This document shows positions 27,300-37,865 of a stretch of DNA of 64,000 bases, in pieces (the stretch's first letter is position 1; each line of letters starts with the position of its first letter). The translations under genes and the position numbers were made by a program. The stretch comes from an uncultured delta proteobacterium (GTDB taxonomy: Bacteria > Desulfobacterota > Binatia > Binatales > Binataceae): NCBI GenBank assembly GCA_963765675.1, contig CAVXXK010000004.1, positions 229,998-293,997 on the forward strand, given 5' to 3'. The notes under the pieces were generated by a model. The model worked only from the letters and a program-made list of their open reading frames with translations, was not told the origin of the DNA and did not search any database.

Positions 27300-28328
27300 T
27301 TCCGCGATGAGGATTTGATCCGGCGCGACGATGAAGACGGGGCCTTTTTCGCCGGCGCCGGGTCGGGCCATAGATGGCGAATGCCGGTCGTGGCTTCGTA
27401 GATGCCCACCTGCATCGAAGCGTTGTGCGCGAAGCCGACTCGTCCGCGGCGATCGACCAGGATGATTCCGCCGTCGGCGTTGGCACCGCTGAGCAGGTCA
27501 GTAATCGCGCGGCACGCGACGATCATCGGGGGATTGCTGCCGAGCGAGCGGACGGCCTCGCGGCAGAGGCCGGTCAGGATGATCGCCTCGCCGTACCCAG
27601 TGGCCGACGCGCCGCCGGCAAAATCGGCGTAGGTGCCTGCTCCGATGATCGCGGAGTCGCCAACACGGCCGGGGATTTTTCCGGGGACTCCGCCGGTCGA
27701 GGTTGCGGCTGCGATACTGCCGCGCGCGTCGATCGCGACGGCGCCTACCGTGCCGTGGCCCGAGATTCCGAGCTGCACCTTCTGCTGCGACGCGCGCCAT
27801 CGCTCGCGCGCGCGAGCGGTTATCAGATCCTCATTCGAGCACATTGGCACGCCCGCGCGGCGCGCCACCCGCTCGGCGCCTTGCGCCGACCATCAGCACG
27901 TGGTGAGTATTCTCCATCACGGCGCGCGCGAGCAGGATCGGGTTGCGCACGCGTCCCACCGCGGCGACCGCGCCGGCGGAGATTCGTCCGGCACCGCTTC
28001 CGATTCCCGCGCGCATCGCGGCCGGAGCTTCCTGGCCCGGCTCGGTCGCGTCGCCGGCAACCATGACAGAGGCGTCCATCTCGACCGTTCCGTCGTTGGT
28101 CAAGAGCGAGCCGGTTCCGGCGTTGAACAGAGGATTATCTTCGAGCGCGATAATCGTGGCGGCGACCGCGTCGAGTGCGCTGCCGCCGTCGCGCAGGATA
28201 TCGGCGCCGCGGCGGACCGCCTCGAGCATCGCGCGCTTGCGCTCAGTCTGATCCGTCGCGCCTCCGCGTGGGATCGCGCCGGCGCCGCCATGCGCAACGA
28301 GAGCCGGAGTTATGATGCCGCGTGCCAT
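27296..28328 (-). CDS. iaaA: Isoaspartyl peptidase/L-asparaginase (Ntn hydrolase), frameshifted near 27882
   Basis: N-half HGGAG, LEDNPLFNAG, EMDAS, NPILLAR (ORF 27831..28376); C-half HGTVGAVA, TSTGG, GRVGDS (ORF 27296..27868); removing one base rejoins VGxGAERVAR. Confidence 0.88.
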
Positions 28329-28329
28329 G

Positions 28330-29130
28330 TCAGACGGATGGGCGGCGGCCCCAAAGAAACAGCCGCTTGAAATCAAACGTCATCGGACCCGAAGTTCCGT
28401 ACGCGCGCTCGAGGCGCTCACCGTATGCGTTCAGAAATTCTTCGTGACGGTCAGCGGGAAGCGCGTCGAGGAAAGGACGCAGCCCGGTCGAGCGGTACCA
28501 TTGCGCCACTTCACCAGGCGAATTCATCGGATGATGGAAGGTGTGGTAGTAGCAATCGACCTCGGCAAAGCCGATTTCGCCCATGAGACGCCGGTAGTAT
28601 TCGGGCGGCGGAATTTCGAAGAATGGGCGATCAACAGGTTCGAGCAGCGCCGACCATCGCGGCTCGCGAACCATCTTCGACAGATCGAGCTTGGCAGTCT
28701 CTGATTCATTGGCCGGCATCTGCACGACCATCCTGCCGCCGGGCGCAAGCGCGCGGAACCATCGCGAGAGAACCGCGCGATGGTCGCGCAGCCATTGCAG
28801 GGCCGCGCTGGAAAAGACGATCGAGTAGGCGCCCGCATCGTCGAGTTGCGCGATATCTCCCACCGCGAAAGCGAGCCGCGCACGCAAATCGTCCGGAAGT
28901 CCGGCACGAAGCTTCTCGGCCGCCGCGATCATCGCGGGCGAGAGATCGATTCCGCGCGCCCGGCCGCTCGCGAGACGGCGCGCGAGCTCGACCGTGTTGT
29001 CGCCGGGGCCGCACCCGAGGTCGGCGATCGTGTCGTCCGCCGTGATCGAAAGACGATCGAGAACATGCTCGAACGGCTCCGCCCGGTAACGACGGAAGCG
29101 ATTATAGAGATCGGGTTGCCAGTCAGTCAT
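28330..29130 (-). CDS. tam: Trans-aconitate 2-methyltransferase-like class I SAM methyltransferase
   Basis: WQPDLY...R, DLGCGPG, IDLSPAMI, AALQWL, QMP, TGLRPFL, FKRLF. Confidence 0.82.
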   Translation of the reverse strand: MTDWQPDLYNRFRRYRAEPFEHVLDRLSITADDTIADLGCGPGDNTVELARRLASGRARGIDLSPAMIAAAEKLRAGLPDDLRARLAFAVGDIAQLDDAGAYSIVFSSAALQWLRDHRAVLSRWFRALAPGGRMVVQMPANESETAKLDLSKMVREPRWSALLEPVDRPFFEIPPPEYYRRLMGEIGFAEVDCYYHTFHHPMNSPGEVAQWYRSTGLRPFLDALPADRHEEFLNAYGERLERAYGTSGPMTFDFKRLFLWGRRPSV

Positions 29131-29261
29131 TGGCACTCGCTCTTGGCGCGCGTGAAATATATCGCAGTCAATCCCCGGGTCCGCCAAGCAGCATATGGAG
29201 CCGCGGCGTTCTGGACAACCCACGCTTGCTACCGCGCGCGATATCACGACACGATACCCGG

Positions 29262-30248
29262 ATGGCTGGAGCATTAAATCGTCCCGAGGGACCGCGTCCG
29301 GAAGACGTGAAACGCAACGCGCGGAGCTTCGGATGGATCGGCACCGCGATGATCGGCACCGTCGCGATTCTGTGGCTCGGCGGATCGAGCCTGGTGGCGT
29401 ACCGGCTCGCGTATCCGCCGTTTATCGAGGACGGGCATACGGATGTGTACGGCCCGCATGCGCCGATTGCCGACGCGGCGGCGCCAGTCAATCCGCTGGC
29501 GGCGTTAGGGGCGCAGTTCCAGAGCGTAACGATTCCGGTCGACGACTACCCGCCGGTCGAAGGATGGTTCGTCGCGGGAAAATTGCCGATGGCGGTGCTG
29601 CTGATGCCGGCCGCGGGCGGAGATCGGCGCGAGATGCTGCCGTACATGAAGTTTCTGCACGCGGCAGGTTATCCGATGCTCGCGATCGGAAGCGGCGACA
29701 ATGCGAAGAGCGGAACGGGATGGGGCTGGCGCGAGCGGGCGGAGGTCCTGGCTGCGGCAGACAACCTGAAGCGGCGCGGATTTGCGAATATCGCGGGGAT
29801 TGGAATTTCCGAAGGCGCCGCCGCGATTCTCCTCGCGCAGGCGGAGCATCCGGTGTTCAGCGCGATTGTCGCGGACAGTGCCTATCGCAATCTGGCCGCG
29901 ATGTTCCGTGCAACACCGTCGATCGCGGGACTGAATCCGGCGTTCTCGCAGACCGTGATGATGGAAGCCGGGCTTCTGATGGGGCATTCGCTGTGGCGAA
30001 TCGATCCGGCCAGCGCGGCACGCAAGCTCGGAGGTGCGGCGCTGCTGGTGATCCAGAATCGCGGCGACAAGATCGTGTCGGTCGCCGATGCGCAAGCGAT
30101 CCGTGACGCTGCCAAGTCTTCCGGCGCGGAGCTATGGATTGTCCCGGCAGACGGGCATGGCAATGCGATCTTCGAGGCTCCGGACGCGTACGCCTCGCGC
30201 GTGACGACGTTTTTGTCGCAGCACGGCATGGCGGCGCCTCGGGATTGA
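29262..30248 (+). CDS. Membrane-anchored alpha/beta hydrolase
   Basis: N-terminal TM, GISEG nucleophile elbow, VADS, GDKIV, GHG; start uncertain (29262 or 29307). Confidence 0.82.
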   Translation: MAGALNRPEGPRPEDVKRNARSFGWIGTAMIGTVAILWLGGSSLVAYRLAYPPFIEDGHTDVYGPHAPIADAAAPVNPLAALGAQFQSVTIPVDDYPPVEGWFVAGKLPMAVLLMPAAGGDRREMLPYMKFLHAAGYPMLAIGSGDNAKSGTGWGWRERAEVLAAADNLKRRGFANIAGIGISEGAAAILLAQAEHPVFSAIVADSAYRNLAAMFRATPSIAGLNPAFSQTVMMEAGLLMGHSLWRIDPASAARKLGGAALLVIQNRGDKIVSVADAQAIRDAAKSSGAELWIVPADGHGNAIFEAPDAYASRVTTFLSQHGMAAPRD

Positions 30249-30267
30249 AGGGATCCGCGATCGAGGA

Positions 30268-30353
30268 AGGCCGCCCTCACCCACGCGTCACGATGCTTGC
30301 GAAAGGGAATCGCAAGCATCGCGCCGCGCCGCCCTCTCCCGAAGGGAGAGGGC
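30268..30353. repeat. ~85 bp BoxC-like palindromic repeat, copy 1 (opposite orientation to copies 2 and 3)
   Basis: GCCCTCACCC...CGATGCTTGCG/CGCAAGCATCG hairpin...GCCCTCTCCC-GAA-GGGAGAGGGC hairpin. Confidence 0.92.
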
Positions 30354-30382
30354 GTACTCAGAGTGATTGCGAAAAACTCCCG

Positions 30383-31276
30383 CTACATTCTTGGGGTGCC
30401 TAAATCCGTCAACAGCGTGCTCTTTAGGCGGTCGAACAATTCGTCGATGTCCCAGGGGCCGTTGTTGTAGAGAATCTTGTCGGGAACGATGTGCCGGTAG
30501 CGCATGATTCGGTAGCCTGACGCGCCGAAACATTGCCCGGTAACGCCGGCGCCCGCGTCGCTCGCGAGGAACAGCACGATCGGCGCGACGTTGGCCGGGT
30601 CGCGCGGAGTGCCTTCGGCGCTCTCGCTGGCGGGCAGCCCCGTCGCGCCAGGCATCCGGCCCGCAGGAATGGTATCGGTCATGCGCGTGGCGGCGCCCGG
30701 CATGATCGCATTGACGGTGATTCCATATTTGCTCAGCGCGTTGGCCGAGCTGTAGGTCAGGCCCAAGATTCCCGCCTTTGCGGCGGCGTAGTTGGGCTGG
30801 CCCGGGCTGCCGAGGGCAGAGTTGGAAGAGAAATTGATGATCCTGCCGAACTTGTGCTCACGCATGTGCGCCGACGCAGGACGTATCGTGCAGTAGTGGC
30901 CCTTCAGATGCACGCGGATCACGTCGTCCCATTCCTTTTCGCTCATGTTGAAGATCATCCGGTCGCGCAGGATGCCGGCGACATTGACCAGGATGTCGAG
31001 CTTGCCGAACTCCTTGATCGCCTGATTTACCAGGCCCTCGCCGCCCTCGACGGTCGCGATATCCATGTGGTTGGTGACGGCGGTGCCGCCCGCAGCCTTG
31101 ATTTCCTTGACCACGTCGTCGGCGGGCGAGACGGTAGTTGCTTCTCCCGCGACCGTGACGCCGAGATCGTTAACAACCACTTGTGCGCCGTGCTTTGCGA
31201 ACAGCTTGGCGATACCGCGGCCGATGCCACGGCCGCCGCCGGTGATCGCCGCCACTTTTCCATCTAGTTTGCCCAT
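30383..31276 (-). CDS. SDR family oxidoreductase (MFE-2/HSD17B4-like subgroup)
   Basis: TGGGRGIG, VVVNDLG, AGILRD, YAAAK. Confidence 0.93.
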   Translation of the reverse strand: MGKLDGKVAAITGGGRGIGRGIAKLFAKHGAQVVVNDLGVTVAGEATTVSPADDVVKEIKAAGGTAVTNHMDIATVEGGEGLVNQAIKEFGKLDILVNVAGILRDRMIFNMSEKEWDDVIRVHLKGHYCTIRPASAHMREHKFGRIINFSSNSALGSPGQPNYAAAKAGILGLTYSSANALSKYGITVNAIMPGAATRMTDTIPAGRMPGATGLPASESAEGTPRDPANVAPIVLFLASDAGAGVTGQCFGASGYRIMRYRHIVPDKILYNNGPWDIDELFDRLKSTLLTDLGTPRM

Positions 31277-31398
31277 GTGTGCGAATCTCCCTCTTGGACT
31301 AGGAATCCAAACTGCTTGATGGTTTCGGTTCCCGTCAGTGTGCTTCTAGCGGCGCTTATAGCGCAAAACCGCCGCGCCCGAACAGCGAACGGCAGGCG

Positions 31399-32422
31399 CT
31401 AGCGCTGGTCGACTCGCGCGACGACGAACTGGGTGATCTGCCCGTCGGTGCTCATCTTGGCGATCTTTCCGTTGGGCTCGGCGAACCACAGGTTGCCGTC
31501 GGGGCCGGCGGTGATGAAACCCGGGGACCGTGTTCGGATGAAGATGAAACGCGGTGATCTCGGCCGAGGTGCTCACGCGGTAAATGACGGGCGCGTGAAC
31601 CATCGTGATCCACAAGTTCTTGTCCGCTCCTGAAGCGATCGAGAGCGGAACGCCGGCGTCGGGAAGTGGATACTCGGTGATCGCGCCATAGGGAGTGATC
31701 TTGCCGACCTTGTCGGCGGCGAGCTCCGTGAACCAGATGTTGCCGTCGGCTCCCACCGTCAGCCATCCGGGCTTCGCGCCGCGCGTCTGGACGGCATACT
31801 CGGTAATCTTTCCCGCGGGAGTCGATTTGCCGATTCGATTTCCGCGATCCTCGACGAACCAAAGGTTGCCGTCGCTGCCGCTAACGATCTGCGCGGGACC
31901 GGAGCCTTGCGGCAGGTCGAATTCCGCGAGCGCGCCCGCAGGGCTCAGGCGCCCGATGCGGTTGCCGGAATGTTCGGTGAACCACAAATTGCCATCAGGT
32001 CCGGTCGTTATGCCGGTCGGGCCGCTGCCTTCCCTGGGGAGCTGCACGTAGGTAACGCGCTCGTTGTAGTCCATGCGGCCGATGCGATTTCCAGCGGTGT
32101 CGGTGAACCAGATCGCGCCGTCGGGACCGGAGACGATCCTTTCGGCAAATCCGCGCGAGTCGATCTTGTAGCGCGCGATCGATCCGGCGGGCGTGATTCG
32201 CCCTACTCCGTCGCCCTGGTACTCGGTGTACCAGATATTGCCGTCGGCACCCGCGGTTATCGCGTACGGCGAATGAGTGCCGATCGCCTGATGATGCGCG
32301 ATCGGAGTCGGTGCGGCGGAGGGCGCCGGCGCGGCGGCCTGTTGAGCGGCGGGAGCGCATCCCGCGAGCATCAGCGCAAGCGCAAGTCCGATCGCATCTT
32401 TACGCAATGAATCTATCCGCAC
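31399..32422 (-). CDS. Vgb-lyase-like beta-propeller lipoprotein, frameshifted near 31520
   Basis: Lipobox LAG|C; seven IxxGxDGNxWFTE-like blades; last blade FITAGPDGNLWFAE continues in another frame to TAG at 31399. Confidence 0.85.
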
Positions 32423-32560
32423 GGCCGCGCAACGAGTCTCCCCGCGAAAGTTTGGCAGAACCGGACGGTGGATGCATCCGGCAGACATATCGCATAGATT
32501 CCACGGCAACCGGGCGGTGCGGCGTTCACGTGGCTGCGGTCCGGTAAAAAAGGGGGAACC

Positions 32561-34153
32561 ATGCGCAAAGCGCCTGCGGCGATAGTCGCCGTCGTCGCGA
32601 TGCTGTTGCCGGCGGCGCGCACGCTCCAGGGATGGATTTGCCGCGCCGGCGCGCCGGTTACAGGCGACTACGGACCGGCGCAGCTTGCGGTGCGAGTCGA
32701 TCTCTACGTGCGCGGGGTCGCGCTGTACCGCGATTTTCGGCATCCCCCTTATATCCCGCTGGTGTACGGACCTGTCGTGCCGTGGCTCACCGCGATACTC
32801 GCACCGAGCTTCGGGAGCGGCGCGATGGCGGCGCTCGAGGCGGGCAGGATAATCACGATCGCCGCAACGCTCGCGGCGAGCGCGCTGATCTTCATCCTTG
32901 CGCGCAAGACTGGAGCGAGCGCATCCGCGGCGATCCTCGCGGCGTTGAGCTTTCTCGTCGCGCCGATAATCCAGCGCTGGGGTTCTGACTATCGCGTCGA
33001 TACTGCAGCGCTCGCCTGCGAGCTGGGCGGCCTTGCGGCATTTGCGTCCGGGCTGTCGATTCCCGCGCTGGCGATGTTCGCGATCACATTTTTCATCAAG
33101 CAGGGCCGTGTCGCCGGAATCGTCGCAGCGGTTCTTTGCTGCTGGCTTTCGGGCGAGAGGCGCCGCGCATTAACGCTGGGCGCGATCTGGCTTGCGATCG
33201 TCCTCGCGGGAATCGCAATTCTCGCGACCATCTTTCCGTGGTACTGGCTCAACACGTTCGGAGCGCTCGGAGTTAGCCGATACGACATCCGCGCGGCTAT
33301 TTTGTGGATCGCGATCCTTATTGGAGGCAATCCGGCGCTGATCATGCTGGCAGGCGTCGCGCTCCTCCGCGGCAGAACAACGGACCGCCTGATGCTGTGC
33401 TATCTCGGCGCCGCGCTCGCGGAGAATTTCCTGTCCTCGATACGATGGGGCAGCAACGCGTACTACTTCATTCCGTCGCTAGCGGCCGTCGCGATTGTCG
33501 CGGCAAATGGAATCGACATGATCCTCGAACGCACGCGCGAGATGCGTTTGGTAATCGGCGCCGGCGTCGCGGCGGCGCTCGCGATAGGGCTCCTGGGCGG
33601 GTACCTCGTGATGGCGCCGGCGATTCGTGGGATGACGCTTGCAGCGGCGTTCCGGCCGTCGCTCCGATGCGGCGCGATCACGCTCGAACCGTGGAACTCG
33701 CGCGCGCTCGCGCGGCTTGGCGCGATCGACGGTCCGATTCTCACCGACAACGCCGACCTCTGTCTTGTCGATCCGCGCAGGAACCTCGAATGGATCGACC
33801 TGATGGTCCTGGGCTCGATGCGCTCGCGGGGGAGCTTTGATGATTCGCCACTACTCGCGCGGATTCGGGGTCATCAAATCGCGGCGTTCGCGCTCGACGC
33901 CGACGGGCTCCGGCGCGAATTTCGCGGCCGTCCATTTTTTTGGAAGGATCTGCGCGCGGCGATCGCGCAGAACTACCGATTAGTCGCCGCGCCCGGCCCG
34001 CCCTATCTGATGCTGCCCAATCCTTCTCCTTCCGAAACCCCCGGCTCGACCGCGAACAAAAAGACGGCGACGAACGCCAGCATCAGGGAGATCACCGCGC
34101 CCTCCGTTGCCACGCCAAAGATTGGCCATCCGGTACGCATCGCCAGCGGATAG
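32561..34153 (+). CDS. Polytopic membrane protein, probable GT-C glycosyltransferase
   Basis: YGP, YRVD, FFIKQ, SNAYYF motifs; many TM helices and a soluble C-terminal domain. Confidence 0.7.
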   Translation: MRKAPAAIVAVVAMLLPAARTLQGWICRAGAPVTGDYGPAQLAVRVDLYVRGVALYRDFRHPPYIPLVYGPVVPWLTAILAPSFGSGAMAALEAGRIITIAATLAASALIFILARKTGASASAAILAALSFLVAPIIQRWGSDYRVDTAALACELGGLAAFASGLSIPALAMFAITFFIKQGRVAGIVAAVLCCWLSGERRRALTLGAIWLAIVLAGIAILATIFPWYWLNTFGALGVSRYDIRAAILWIAILIGGNPALIMLAGVALLRGRTTDRLMLCYLGAALAENFLSSIRWGSNAYYFIPSLAAVAIVAANGIDMILERTREMRLVIGAGVAAALAIGLLGGYLVMAPAIRGMTLAAAFRPSLRCGAITLEPWNSRALARLGAIDGPILTDNADLCLVDPRRNLEWIDLMVLGSMRSRGSFDDSPLLARIRGHQIAAFALDADGLRREFRGRPFFWKDLRAAIAQNYRLVAAPGPPYLMLPNPSPSETPGSTANKKTATNASIREITAPSVATPKIGHPVRIASG

Positions 34154-35295
34154 AAAAACGATCCGACATAATGAACGCATCCGGTCGGGCAAACCAAAAA
34201 CATCAGCGCGTAGCTAAGTTTTGCGAAATTGCCGGCCGCGCGCCGAATCGTTCCAGCGGCGGAGGCCAGCGAGATCCGTGAAAATGGGATCAGCAACAGC
34301 ACCATGTTGTAAATCCACGCCGTCGGCGAAGCGAGTACGCAGGCTACTACCCAGAGGCAAAACATCCGCGAATCCGGATCGCCGCGCCGTCCGCTTCTCA
34401 GAACAGGAATGCATGCTAACCCGAGAATGGCAATTTGCGAACACGCACTTGATACTCGGCGGACCACCTCCAGTCGCGGTCCGAGGTCAGAACCGAACAC
34501 GTCCCAGAACATTCGCGATACGAATGAACCGATCGCGACATTGGTGGACTGGCTATACCAGGCGGAATTGGTAATTACTCCAATTCCATTCCTCCAGTTA
34601 ACTGTATTCGCAACACCCGCTACGAGTATGGTCAATCCAGCCAGAACGATGATTCCGACCACAGCCCAACAGACGGCATGCCATCGACGGGACAAAATCA
34701 GGTACCCGAACAATGCAATCGGGAACATCAACCACAGCGTAGCTATCGCCAGGAGCATGCCTGCAATGAGCTCGTGACGGTGCTCAAGCGCAAGCATCAT
34801 CCCGGTCAGCATCAGGAGCAGAACAATTTTGCTCTGGCTATAGTAAAAGTGATTGGTAACGGGAGGATAGATGAGCGCGAGCGCAACCATACTCACTATC
34901 AATCGCGTTCCATACTTCGCGACTGGCCAAAGTAGCATCCACAGCGCAATAGCTAATGCAACAATGTTTATTGCCGCCCAGCTCCAGAATGCGGCGCGCG
35001 GCCGAAGAAGAGTTAACGGCTCGAAGATCATGAGAAACGTCGGTGGGTAGTTCGCCTGGTCGATATTGGCCGTATCGAGGCCCAGAGACGCACCGACTAA
35101 ATGGATGTCTGTGTTGTAGGTATCCCGATGAGTCCGCATCAGCAGCGCGGATACATAGAACTGGGAAAAATCCGTGTGGATCGCGCGCTGGGGAAGAATC
35201 CGTATCCATGCTGTCACATAAACGAGTGCGCAAGCGCACAACGCTACCGCCAAGAGAGAAGTTGCGTCGAACCGGCGGCGAGTACCGGCAGGCAC
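34003..35295 (-). CDS. GT87/DUF2029 family glycosyltransferase
   Basis: DFSQFY, NYPPTF, SQS, TN..I, SPTAWIYN; start uncertain; visibly lower GC than flanks. Confidence 0.82.
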   Translation of the reverse strand: MPAGTRRRFDATSLLAVALCACALVYVTAWIRILPQRAIHTDFSQFYVSALLMRTHRDTYNTDIHLVGASLGLDTANIDQANYPPTFLMIFEPLTLLRPRAAFWSWAAINIVALAIALWMLLWPVAKYGTRLIVSMVALALIYPPVTNHFYYSQSKIVLLLMLTGMMLALEHRHELIAGMLLAIATLWLMFPIALFGYLILSRRWHAVCWAVVGIIVLAGLTILVAGVANTVNWRNGIGVITNSAWYSQSTNVAIGSFVSRMFWDVFGSDLGPRLEVVRRVSSACSQIAILGLACIPVLRSGRRGDPDSRMFCLWVVACVLASPTAWIYNMVLLLIPFSRISLASAAGTIRRAAGNFAKLSYALMFLVCPTGCVHYVGSFFYPLAMRTGWPIFGVATEGAVISLMLAFVAVFLFAVEPGVSEGEGLGSIR

Positions 35296-35302
35296 GTGGG
35301 CT

Positions 35303-36457
35303 CTAGTTCACCACGTGATCGGCGCGCAGCCGCGCGACTTCGTCGGCGCCGAATCCGAAATCTTTCAGAATGTCATCGGTATCCTGCCCGAGCCCGGGCG
35401 CGTGGCGCCAAAATTCTGTCTTCGATTTTGAAAAACGCGCGGGCGAGCGCACGCCGCGTACCCGCCCGGCCTGCGGATGGTCGTACTCGACGAAGGTCTC
35501 ATTGACGACAAATTGCGGGTCGGTCCAAATCGTGTCGAAATCGTTGACGGGGCCGCATGGAACGTCCGCTTTTTCGATCCGCTCGAGCCAATAGGCCGAG
35601 GTCTCGGTCGGAAAGATATCGATGAGCGCCTTGATCGCGCGCTTGACGCGCTCTGGCCGTGGCTGGTCGCCTTGGAACAATTCCTGACGCCCGATCGCTT
35701 CCAGCATCGAGGTCCAATGCTTGTCGGTCAGCGGCGCAATCGTAATGTAGCCGTCGGCGGTCTTGAACGGATCGAGCGTGCCCATCGCGGGCGGCACACC
35801 GGGCTTGTGCGGCAACAGCGTGTGCCGCGCCATCGTGTCGCCCATCAGGTAGTAGGCGACCGCGTCGATCATCGCGAGCTCGATATGCTGGCCCTTGCCG
35901 TTGCGCGCCTCGTTGAGCGCCGCAAGGATTGCGATCGCCGCGGTCATCGCGGTGACCTTGTCGGCAATGATGTTCTTGACCGCGCGCGGACGTCCCTGCG
36001 TACGCTGCGTCGCCATCACGCCGGCCATGCCCTGGATGATCGGATCGTAGGCGGGCTTGTCGCGATACGGTCCCTTGAAGCCGTACCCGGCCATCGAGCA
36101 ATAGACGATTTTAGGATTGCGCGCGGCGACGGCTTCGTAGCCAACCCCCAGCCGATCGACCACGCCCGGTCGCACGTTCTGCACGACAACATCGGCATGC
36201 TCGGCCATCCGGAGGAACACCTCGGCGGCGCCGGGACGCTTGAGGTCCAGCACCATCGCGCGTTTGTTGCGGTTCCAGTTGAGGATTCCGACCGGCACTC
36301 CGCCGCGCTGCTGCGCAACTACGACGCGGGTGACCTCGCCTTCGGGCGGCTCGATCTTGATCACGTCGGCGCCAAGATCGCCAAGTATCATGGTGCAGAA
36401 CGGCCCGGCGACGACCATGCTGAGGTCGAGAATCTTGATACCGGTTAACGGACCCAT
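35303..36457 (-). CDS. CaiB/BaiF class III CoA transferase
   Basis: PLTGIKILDL, AGP, GADVIKIEPP, NRNKR, AYDPIIQ, IAD catalytic Asp, APGLGQDT; GGAGG RBS. Confidence 0.94.
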   Translation of the reverse strand: MGPLTGIKILDLSMVVAGPFCTMILGDLGADVIKIEPPEGEVTRVVVAQQRGGVPVGILNWNRNKRAMVLDLKRPGAAEVFLRMAEHADVVVQNVRPGVVDRLGVGYEAVAARNPKIVYCSMAGYGFKGPYRDKPAYDPIIQGMAGVMATQRTQGRPRAVKNIIADKVTAMTAAIAILAALNEARNGKGQHIELAMIDAVAYYLMGDTMARHTLLPHKPGVPPAMGTLDPFKTADGYITIAPLTDKHWTSMLEAIGRQELFQGDQPRPERVKRAIKALIDIFPTETSAYWLERIEKADVPCGPVNDFDTIWTDPQFVVNETFVEYDHPQAGRVRGVRSPARFSKSKTEFWRHAPGLGQDTDDILKDFGFGADEVARLRADHVVN

Positions 36458-36667
36458 CGTGCGCACCTCCATTCCCTGAATGGTTATAGTCAAAGCCCGT
36501 TCACTCTAACAATGGAGGATTTGAATTAGGCCCGTTGCGCAGGTATTAGATCATGTCGCGCGGGTAAGGTACTCCAAGTGTCAGGTTCGGAGCGCGCACG
36601 CCGATACCTCGGCGGATGGGGCCGTAGCACGGCAGCGCGGTCAATGCTTATTTCGATCGCGACTCGG

Positions 36668-37834
36668 ATGGGGGACGGGTTGTATCTGCTCAGACTTATC
36701 GCGCGAAACATGCGCCGCAGCCTCCGGCGCACGATACTGACTTCGCTGACGATCGCGCTGGCGACGTTCGTCTACCTGGTGCTGGTGTCGGTGCCCGGAT
36801 CGATGGACCGCATCGTGCACGACGCCTCGGCAACGCTGCGCTTGATCGTGATCAACCGCAACCTGCCGCTCTATGGGATGCCGGCGCGCTACTGCGATCA
36901 GATCCGCGAGATTCCAGGCGCCGCCGCGTGCGTCGCGATCAAGGAATGGCCGGCGACCTACCAGGACGTGAGCGATCAGATTCTCGCCGTCGGAGAGGGG
37001 CTCGAAATTGCGGACGTCTTTCCCGACTACGATCTGACCGGAGAGGCGCGACGCGCGTTCACCCGAGAGCGCCGCGGAGCATTCGCCGGGCACGTGCTCA
37101 TGAGCAAGTATCATTGGCACCCGGGCCAGGAGGTCACGTTGCGGGGAGTCGGTGCGGGCCATCTCAAGCTCACATTCGTGCTTTTGGGCGAGATGCCATC
37201 GAGGCGTTACCCGAACGTGTTCGCGTTCCGGCGGGATTATCTTGAAGAGGCGACGCGCGCGGCAGGCCTGCCGAATCCGGACCTCGCGATGACCCTGGTC
37301 GTCAGAGTCGACCGTGCGGAAAATGTCGCGCCGCTTATCCGCGAAATCGATTCGACCTTCCACAACTCCGATTTCGAGACGCGCACCGTAACCGAGAGCG
37401 ACGCTCTTGCCGGCGGCCTCTCGATCCTCGGCAACGTGCGCGGCATCGTGCTGAGCCTGTGCGTCGTGGTGGTGCTGACCGTGCTGCTGATCGCGGCGAA
37501 CTCAACCGCGATGACGGTGCGTGAGCGAATGAACGAGGTCGGCGTGATGCGCACGCTCGGCTTCGGGCGCCGCGCGATCGCAACGATGCTGCTCGGCGAG
37601 TGCGCTGCGCTCGGCGTGATCGGCGGAGTACTCGGCGCGGGCGGCGCGCTGGTGTTCTTCCGGGGCGGCACCACGATGGGCGCCATCGGGCGCATGAGCG
37701 CGTTGTGGGTTACGCCCGGTGGCGCCGCACAAGCGATAGGCGTCGCAATCGCGGTAGGAATCTTGAGCGGTGCTATTCCGGTGATCGCGGCGGTCCGCAC
37801 GCCTCCGGCAATTGCGCTGCGGCAGGTCGGATGA
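36668..37834 (+). CDS. MacB/FtsX-type ABC transporter permease
   Basis: RNMRRSLRRTILT, periplasmic domain, VRERMNEVGVMRTLGF. Confidence 0.9.
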   Translation: MGDGLYLLRLIARNMRRSLRRTILTSLTIALATFVYLVLVSVPGSMDRIVHDASATLRLIVINRNLPLYGMPARYCDQIREIPGAAACVAIKEWPATYQDVSDQILAVGEGLEIADVFPDYDLTGEARRAFTRERRGAFAGHVLMSKYHWHPGQEVTLRGVGAGHLKLTFVLLGEMPSRRYPNVFAFRRDYLEEATRAAGLPNPDLAMTLVVRVDRAENVAPLIREIDSTFHNSDFETRTVTESDALAGGLSILGNVRGIVLSLCVVVVLTVLLIAANSTAMTVRERMNEVGVMRTLGFGRRAIATMLLGECAALGVIGGVLGAGGALVFFRGGTTMGAIGRMSALWVTPGGAAQAIGVAIAVGILSGAIPVIAAVRTPPAIALRQVG

Positions 37835-37865
37835 CGCCGCACCGCGATCCTCCGCGCGCCCGCCG

